Shown here: positions 55,941 to 64,000 of the stretch, piece after piece
How positions within the stretch are numbered: the stretch's first letter is position 1
Layout of the letters: the number at the start of each line of letters is the position of its first letter
Source of the DNA: the human T2T-CHM13v2.0 reference genome, Homo sapiens
Reading direction: 5' to 3' (one strand)
Assembly: GCF_009914755.1 (NCBI RefSeq)
Contig: NC_060931.1
Length of the DNA: 64,000 nucleotides
The notes under the pieces: model-generated
What the model was told of the DNA's origin: nothing
Seen by the model: only the letters and a program-made list of their open reading frames with translations
The model's database searches: none
Position numbers and translations under genes: made by a program

Positions 55941-58254
55941 CTTCACAGAAGATTTGTTAATCAACAAAATAATAGCCACAGTTTACTCCATGGCTACACT
56001 GGAGCAAACCTAGAATATGAACTACATATTTACCAGTCTATGCTACTTGTACAGCTGTTTTCTTGTTATAAGTGGGTAGTAATATATGCTAACACAAACA
56101 AAAATATTTCTGAAGTATTCACTCAACATGTCCAAATACTCTGTCAAAAACTATCACACTTGCATTGAAAGTCCTGTGGATCCTTGGCTTACCTGTAATG
56201 CTTGGGGAGATTTATTTGAAAAAAATTGACAAATATAGCGGAAGTACATATAAATCCTTCATTTGGAAATTTTTCAGCAATAACCTTTGCAGCAGTAATG
56301 AACTATCGTGTTCATGCCCTATTAAAGGCATTTAGACTTCAATATATTAAATAGTGGATTTTAATTGTACTAAGAAAAACTAGACTACAAACCTGGTTTT
56401 GCAGAATTAAGACTTTTTTTCATATTGCAAACATTTTATAAGGAAATACTCTGATTGTTTTCTTACTTTGCCTAATTTACATGCTCTTTCAGTAAAAATG
56501 AAACTCTGTTACAGAAAGAAACAGCTGGAATTTTTCTGTAAGGTGAAATAGAAGTATTTTGACAAGATTGCCACGAATTAAGGTGAACTGTGCAGTGAAG
56601 GCAGAAGTAGCCAACACAAAGGAGATGAATATTCTGAGAAAAGGAAAAAGAGTCTTATAGAAAGAGGTTAAGGGTTAAATACCATAGTATTTGAATGTTG
56701 GCCAAACAATACTCTGTAGTTTATATTTTAGTTCAAGTTCTGAGGTGTAACCCTTTCCTTTTGCCAAGAAAAAATGATAATAATAAATAGGTTGTGTTAA
56801 TATATATTTAAAGTGAGGAATTTAGAGGAAAGAGATACTTGAATTTTAGAAAGACAGGAGGAGATACTGGGACATGGAACAGTCTATGCTCTTGCAAGAC
56901 TTTAGCGAAGATGCTATCTTTAGGGAAAAGTTCACTTAATGAACAATCCTTTTTCTGTTTTTAGTACTTTCTAAGTCATTAACATTTGCATTTTTAGGCA
57001 GCAAGTCTTAGAAGATCACAGTTATAAGTTATAATCACCCAGCCTCTAGAATCATGAGAATAAATACTGTACTCTAGAATCATGAGAATAAATAGTCTAA
57101 AGCAGTTTCTAAATCTCAGGATGAGAAAATTTATCATCAGAAAGTTAGGGATGTTTCTAATTTAATTTAATCTTTCCTTATGTCTTTTATAAAAACGCAT
57201 AATTGCACAACTTAGTCATCCACAGAATTTTAATTTGTGTATATCTATAAGTTTACTTTTTGTATGTGCGTTTTTTTCCAGAAAGCTGTGGGTTACATAA
57301 AATTCTTTTGTTTAAATTATGACAAATCACAGGACCGTCTCTGAATTCCTAGACTAGTTTTGTCACCTCACACTGGGCATTTTATTAGTATCATCTGCTA
57401 CTCTATTATTGCCTTTGTCATATCACAATATGATCTCTGGTTTGTCTATACCCGACTATTGTAGGTTCAATGAAGGCAGAGGCAAATTTTCAAGCACAGT
57501 GCTTGGAACAGAAATATGTGTTCAGTATATATTATTAAATGAGTTTTTAAATTGAGCACATTGAAAACCAAAGGTCTTCAGTTGACAACATTTAAAATAA
57601 ATATACATAACGCCCTTTAATTAACAATAGTGAAGTAATAAAAGATATAACATATTTGAGCGATAAGTTAAACTGTCTTCTAATTTTTAGCTCCTTCTTT
57701 CCTACTATGTGCACCTGGTCTGACATCAACGGTTTTCCTTAAGTCTCCTTAATAAAAAGGACACTGTTATACTAGCCGCATCACTGACTTTTACATGCTT
57801 TCAACATAATCCAACCCAGAAAATTGTTTTGTGAACAATTTAGAATACAATAAAAGGATTTCCTGATAACATTCTAGTTATAGGAATTGTACTGTTACCT
57901 AATGAGAAGCCAGAAAGTAAAACAGTTTTGATGAATTATATATTTTCACCCCTTTCTATTGCTTACAAAAAAATCCCTGAGCTTTAAATAAGCTCAAAGG
58001 GACATGACAGATTTAAAATAATATTCTAGTACTAAGCAGTTTTTCCTCAATGTCCTCCAGGTAATTAGAGAACCTTTGATTTTTCCCTGGTTGTTTCCCC
58101 TGTTTTAAGAAAAAATTAATCATTGACTAATTTGAAAATGTATTTTGTAAATGTGATTTATTTTCTGATGGCACTAAAATACATATTTCCGAAAGGGATC
58201 TCCAGTGTTCTGTTCATGTTTTCAGATATGAAGAAACTTAGACAGAAAAGTAAA

Positions 58255-58460
58255 CTTATCTGAGCTAGCAAGGAGACTGAAAACCTGGCTCTGCAGCCAG
58301 CCTGCCTGAGTTGGTGTCTGGGTCAGCACTGAGAAGCTTTTTTACATAAGGCAACTGATTGAAACTCTTTTCATTGTTGTAAAATGTGGATATTAGTGAA
58401 GCCTAAACCATAGAATCATTGTGAGGATTAAATAAACAAATGTGAAACACTTAGAAAAAG
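58255..58460. mobile_element. MIR
   Basis: tgtaaaatgtgga...cattgtgaggattaaata...tgtgaaacacttag. Confidence 0.65.
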
Positions 58461-59018
58461 TAGAGGATAGAAAACAGAGACAAAAACTAATTTTCATGAT
58501 TGATCTAAACTACAACGTGGTAAATAATAAATGTCTACTATTTTTTATTTTAAAATCTGAAATCAGTTACTGTTAATTAGTCCAAAAGAGAATATTTAAC
58601 TAGATGCAGGTTTTATTAGATAGCAGTTCCAATAAGTGGTGTCAGTATAAAATGTTAAATAGATTAATTAATCTACTAAGTAGTTATCTCTTTTGAATGA
58701 ATACATTTTCTTAGTAGCATACAACTAAAATTAGCCATTCCATTTCCTGTATTTAACATTTTATTTTTGTTTAGGAAGATTTTCTCACAATTAAATGTTT
58801 AAGGAATACACGGTTAAAAACTGGCCAATCTTCTTCATTAACAGGCAAAAACATAGAGTACCATTTATTGTTCACTTGGCCATATAATTTGGGCAATACG
58901 CTTTCTTCAAATCCCCAACTACTCCCCTTAAATTCCATCAACTGTTCAACAGAACACAGTTTTTTCTCCTTTTTCAGAAAGACATGTCTGTCACAAGCCC
59001 ATTCTCGTTCCTAAACAC

Positions 59019-59513
59019 TGTCAAGAAATGTGAAGGATCTGGAATTTTCCCTATTTACAAAATGGTAAGTTAACTTGCCACAGTTTCACGCAAACTGACA
59101 AAAGACAGAAACTCTCAGATTAGAGATGTCTTTATTATTCATAGGGAAAACAGCATTCAAACTGCCAAAATACTTATGCAGTTTCTCTGACCACCAATTT
59201 CCCCAGGACCACATGAAGGGTCAGATGATACCTGTGCATACTGTAGGTTGTTTTGGGGGGCCAAAGACCTAGTACATTTTTTTTCTTTTTGCAAGTAGCA
59301 AACATTGTGGCAAACAACAAACTAACCAGCTTCCCCACCTTTTGGAGCAAAGTTTACTAAACTCACTCTGTGGTCTCCATAACCTATTTAGTTGCCCATG
59401 TGACTAGCTACAAGAACTTCTCAGAATCAGGACAAGCTTTGTAATGTGGTACATTCAGCAAATACAAGCAGAGATATTAAGGGATTTGGGGTGGTAGATT
59501 GTTTCTTCCAATA
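59019..59513 (-). mobile_element. ERV1 LTR, MER90-like
   Basis: tgtcaagaaatgtgaaggatctggaattttccctattt...aagttaacttgccacagtttca. Confidence 0.6.
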
Positions 59514-59571
59514 CACACCACAAAAATAATAAAACTAAACCAACAAAATTAGGACTAAACAGTAAATTTAG

Positions 59572-59834
<263 letters not shown>

Positions 59835-60167
59835 CCAACATCATCAACAGCTGGAAATTAGATTACAAAGCCAAAATAAAAACCCATCATCACCTTTTCT
59901 TTTTTAATTTAATTTTTGTCCCTCTCTTATCCCCCTTTTGACCTTGGCAGAGTCTCAAATTGTGATATCTATAGCGATAGCTGCTGGCAGGGAGTAAACA
60001 GAGAGAGAGAAAGGAACATCCCAGCCTCTTTATAATCTGCATATTCTGCTTGTTTCTGACATTAGTTATAAAAAAAGAAGCGTTATATTTGGAAGACTAA
60101 GATATCAATAGATAAATGAAACTGGACAGTTTTATTGCCAAGTGAAGCAGTACTTACAGCATAAAGG

Positions 60168-60898
60168 TGAGAGGTGAAGCCACCTGGACTTCCTGGGTCC
60201 AGTGGGGACTTGGAGAACTTTTCTGTCTAGCTAAAGGATAATAAATGCACCAATCAGCACTCTGTGTCTAGCTAAAGGATTGTAAATGCACCAATCAGCA
60301 CTCTGTAAAAACACACCAATCAGCACTCTGTGTCTAGCTAAAGGATTGTAAACGCACCAATCAGCACTCTGTAAAATGGACCAATCAGCGCTCTGTGAAA
60401 TGGACCATTCAGCAGGACGTGGGCAGGGCCAAATAAGGGAATAAAATCTGGCCACCTGATCCAGCAGTGGCAACCCGCTCGGGTCCCTTTCCATGCTGTG
60501 GAAGCTTTGTTCTTTCGCTCTTCACAATAAATCTTGCTGCTGCTCACTCTTTGGGTCCACACCACCTTTAAGACCTGTAACACTCATGGCGAGGGTCTGC
60601 AGCTTCATTCCTGAAGTCAGCAAGACCACGAATCCACCAGGAGGAACAACCAACTCCTGATGTGCCAATTTTAAGAGCTGTAACAGTCACGGCGAAGGTC
60701 TGTGGCTTCATTCCTGAAGTCAGCGAGACCATGAACCTACCAGAAGGAAGAAACTCCGGACACATCTGAACATCTGAAGGAACAAACTCTTGGACACACC
60801 ATCTTTAAGAACTGTAACACTCACTGTGAAGGTCTGCAGCTTCACTCCTAAAGTCAGCGAGACCAAGAACCCACCAGAAGGAACCAATTCCAGACACA
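60168..60898 (+). mobile_element. LTR12 (ERV9) LTR
   Basis: tgagaggtgaagcc...ccagacaca termini; tandem gctaaaggattgtaaatgcaccaatcagcactctg U3 repeats; three ctgaagtcagcgagacc-type U5 repeats. Confidence 0.95.
60250..60450 (+). promoter_or_regulatory. LTR12 U3 CCAAT (NF-Y) array and AATAAAA TATA-like box
   Basis: CCAAT at 60250, 60291, 60316, 60357 and 60381; aataaaa at 60440-60446; activity not shown by sequence alone. Confidence 0.7.
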
Positions 60899-60901
60899 TG
60901 T

Positions 60902-60919
60902 TGGCAACCCAGATGGGAC
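60902..60919 (+). other. Primer-binding site complementary to the tRNA-Arg 3' end
   Basis: tggcaacccagatgggac vs TGGCGACCCAGATGGGAC (17/18; the mismatch is a CpG transition), 3 nt after the LTR end. Confidence 0.85.
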
Positions 60920-62847
60920 ACAAAGGGATGGTACTTTTCTTGCTATCCGAGAGTGAAAAGTAAAGTAACAGGACTTACCAACATAAGTTTGGATCTAGCT
61001 CTCTTTTAATGTGGCTAAAAATCTTCTAGCTACCACAAATTATATTAGTTATGTTAAGTCAATTCCCATTTTTTAAATTTTTGTTACTGTGCCTGTTTAA
61101 TGACCTCTGAATAGTTAAGATAAATTTAATATTCTTAATCCATAAATATATCAGATATGAAGGGAATGATCAAAATCACATACATTTGGGTTACACAACC
61201 CAAATCAAAGTCATTTGTTAACTTGAAACCATAACTATCTAGAATTTTGGTACATGCTGGGTCCTTAGAGTTTATATGGATTAATTATTTTGCAGGACAA
61301 GTTGAAGCTCAATAATGCATTGATTTGCACAAGGCCATACAGTCAATTAATGGAGAGTTGGTCTAGAGACAAGAGTCATGACACCCAATCTAATTACCTT
61401 TTCATTGTAGCATGACTCATGTCAAGTATTTCAACCTAATTCATGTAACAACAGAAAAACCAGAAATAAACAAAACTTAAAAAAACTCAAGATAGTTGTC
61501 AAAATAATTAATTGTTGAAATAACATATCTTTGAATATTGCATGTAAATCTTGTCTTTATCTGGCAAGAATTTATAATTTCCCACTTCTATTGTTTTCTT
61601 TTCTTTGCAACAGGTCACTGTCAGGGTAATGATATTTTGGAAAATAACAGTTAGGTTTGAATTTAGTTAGTGAGTTACCTATGCCCATTTTCATCAATAC
61701 TCTGTGTCACCAGACAACTGGGGAGCAAAACAGCTTATAAAATCCCACTTTTGATCTGCCAAATGACAGGTAGAGATCCAAATTTAAGAGGAAAATATTT
61801 GTGGTGTATTTTTTGACTTTTGAAACTAATATATTTGGAGAATGTTTTAAAAATAAAATCCAAGTGCGGGGAGATACTCAAAAGTATTACAATCTGCCCC
61901 AGGACCATAAATTCCACATTGCTTACTTCAGATGACTAAGCCTTTGCAAAATAGAACTGGAGAAAGATAATTCACCACTCAGAAGTCCAGAAGTCCAGAA
62001 GTCCACACACCCAGATTTCACTTTCATACACTACCTGGTGTTGCTAGCCTAAAGTTATACAACGTCCTATCAAGTGTTCTCTAAACAACTTTTAACTGAG
62101 GCAGTTTACAATGCTCATTTGGCTTAGTTTCTATCTTAATGGAAATAAAAAAATTAAAAAAATTCAATTAAAATAATATCAATACAATAAAATCTTTTGG
62201 TTAACAAGTCTATAATGAAAAATGTCCACCTGCCTAACTGACTTTGTGTCTTTTGACTCCTCTTCTTTGCAATCAATAACAGTACTTTAGCTATTTTTCC
62301 CTGTTTACTTTCACATTTCAAGTTACAAAGCTTATATTATTTTTAATATACCCACTTTATATATTTTTTCATTTTATGATAGATAACTATACTGCAATCT
62401 TATATCATCCTGCAGCTTATTTTTCTCACTTCACCATTGTAATTCTTTCCATCAAAAATTTACTAAAGTATTTCCCAGATATATACATTGAGCCAATATT
62501 AAGATCATCTTTAGATTACATTTGAGTTCCATATATATTTATTCAATACATGATTATCTAAGTAAATAATATATATTTTACATGCATATGTGTATGTGTG
62601 TGTTGAGAGACAAAGAGACAGAGACAGAGAGACAGGGAGCAACATATAAATTTAAAGTTAGATAATTTATATAAATATGACTATGTAAACCCTTCACTCG
62701 TGGTTCAAGTCACTCTCTCTACAATTTTTGGACTTCGTTTGAGATTATAATTATTTTATTTGCATTATTTTCTATAAAATTATTCCAAACATTTAAATTA
62801 TTTATGACATTTTCCATCATTGGTTTCTGTTTCATAGGTCTTCACAT

Positions 62848-64000
62848 TTTTTTTATTATACTTTAAGTTCTAGGGTACATGTACACAACATGTGGGTTTG
62901 TTACATACGTATACATGTGCCGTGTTGGTTTGCTGCACCCATTAACTCGTCATTTACATCAGATATTTCTCCTAATGCTATCCCTCCCCCATCCGCCTTC
63001 CCCACGACAGGCCCCAGTGTGTGATGTTCCCCACCCTGTGTCCAAGTGTTCTCATTGTTCAGTTCCCACCTATGAGTGAGAACATGTGGTGTTTGGTTTT
63101 CTGTCCTTGTGATAGTTTGCTCAGCATGATGGTTTCCAGGTTTACCCATGTCACTACAAAGGACATGAACTCACCCTTTTTTATGGCTGCATAGTATTCC
63201 ATGGTGTATATGTGCCACATTTCATTAATCAAGTCTATCACTGATGGACATTTGGGTTGGTTCCAACTCTTAGCTATTGTGAATAGTGCTGCAATAAACA
63301 TACATGTGCATGTGTCTTCATAGTAGCATGATTTATAATCCTTTGAGTATATACCCAGTAATGGGATTGCCAGGTCAAATGGTATTTCTAGTTCTAGATC
63401 CTTGAGGAATCGCCACACTGTCTTCCACATGGTTGAACTAGTTTACACTCCCACCAGCAGTGTAAAAGTGTTCCTATTTCTCCACTTACTCTCCAGTACC
63501 TGTAGTTTCCTGACTTTTTAATGATCGCCATTCTAATTGGTGTGAGATGATATCTCATTGTGGTTTTGATTTGCATTTCTGTGATGACCAGTGATGATGG
63601 GCATTTTTTCATGTGTCTGTTGGCTGCATAAATATCTTCTTTTGACAAGTGTCTGTTCATATCGTTTGCCCAGTTTTGATGGGGTTGTTTGTTTTTTTCT
63701 TGTAAATATGTTTAACTTCTTTGTAGATTCTGGATATTAGCCCTTTGTCAGATGGCTACACTGCAAAAATTTTCTCCCATTCTGTAGGTTGTGTGTTCAC
63801 TCTGATGGTAGTTTCTTTTGCTGTGCAGAAGCCCTTTAGTTTAATTAGATCCCATTTGTCCATTTTGGCTTTTGTTGCCATTGTTTTTGGTGTTTTAGAC
63901 ATGAAGTCCTTACCCATGCCTATGTCCTGAAGGGTATTGCCTAGTTTTTCTTCTAGGGTTTTTATGGTTTTAGGTCTAACATTTAAGTCTTTAATCCATA
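62848..64000 (-). mobile_element. L1PA6-like LINE-1 3' portion, running off the window end
   Basis: Antisense 3'UTR plus ORF2 C-terminal ORFs 63059..63430 and 63394..63660. Confidence 0.95.

Noticed and set aside
60230-60890. Regularly spaced repeats superficially like a CRISPR array
   Set aside because: These are the known U3 and U5 tandem repeats of LTR12; no unique spacers, eukaryotic context.
61981-62004. (agaagtcc)x3 and other short tandem duplications (~15799, ~32388, ~41416)
   Set aside because: Ordinary slippage products with no further structure.

Overview
AT-rich, repeat-dense primate genomic DNA (AluJ/S/Y plus an L1PA2-type insertion point to human or another great ape), most consistent with a gene desert or a very large intron. 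I found no credible protein-coding exon: the longer track ORFs are broken LINE-1 ORF1/ORF2, THE1-int, LTR12, Alu, hAT-transposase or microsatellite readings, and the rest look like chance ORFs. Contents: about a dozen LINE-1 pieces of many ages, seven Alus, a complete THE1A MaLR element plus an inverted THE1A solo LTR, an ERV9 LTR12, ERVL integrase/LTR16 remnants, MLT1/MER21/MER66/MER90/LTR33-type LTRs, MER45/MER58/MER47 DNA transposons, and L2/L3/MIR fragments. I do not see a new gene system. The most unusual items are mechanistic fossils: (1) an LTR12 that keeps exactly the 18-nt tRNA-Arg primer-binding site, then a second LTR-type terminus and the TSD; (2) a tailless tRNA-Ile(TAT) 5'-half retrocopy ending at the splice site; (3) a twin-primed L1PA2 with a micro 3' transduction; (4) an L1 whose 5'UTR is fused directly into ORF2; (5) several fold-back template-switch scars; (6) three intact DUX4 motifs in convergent THE1A LTRs. 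Family and subfamily names come from recalled consensus sequences, not a database run, and boundaries of old repeats are approximate.
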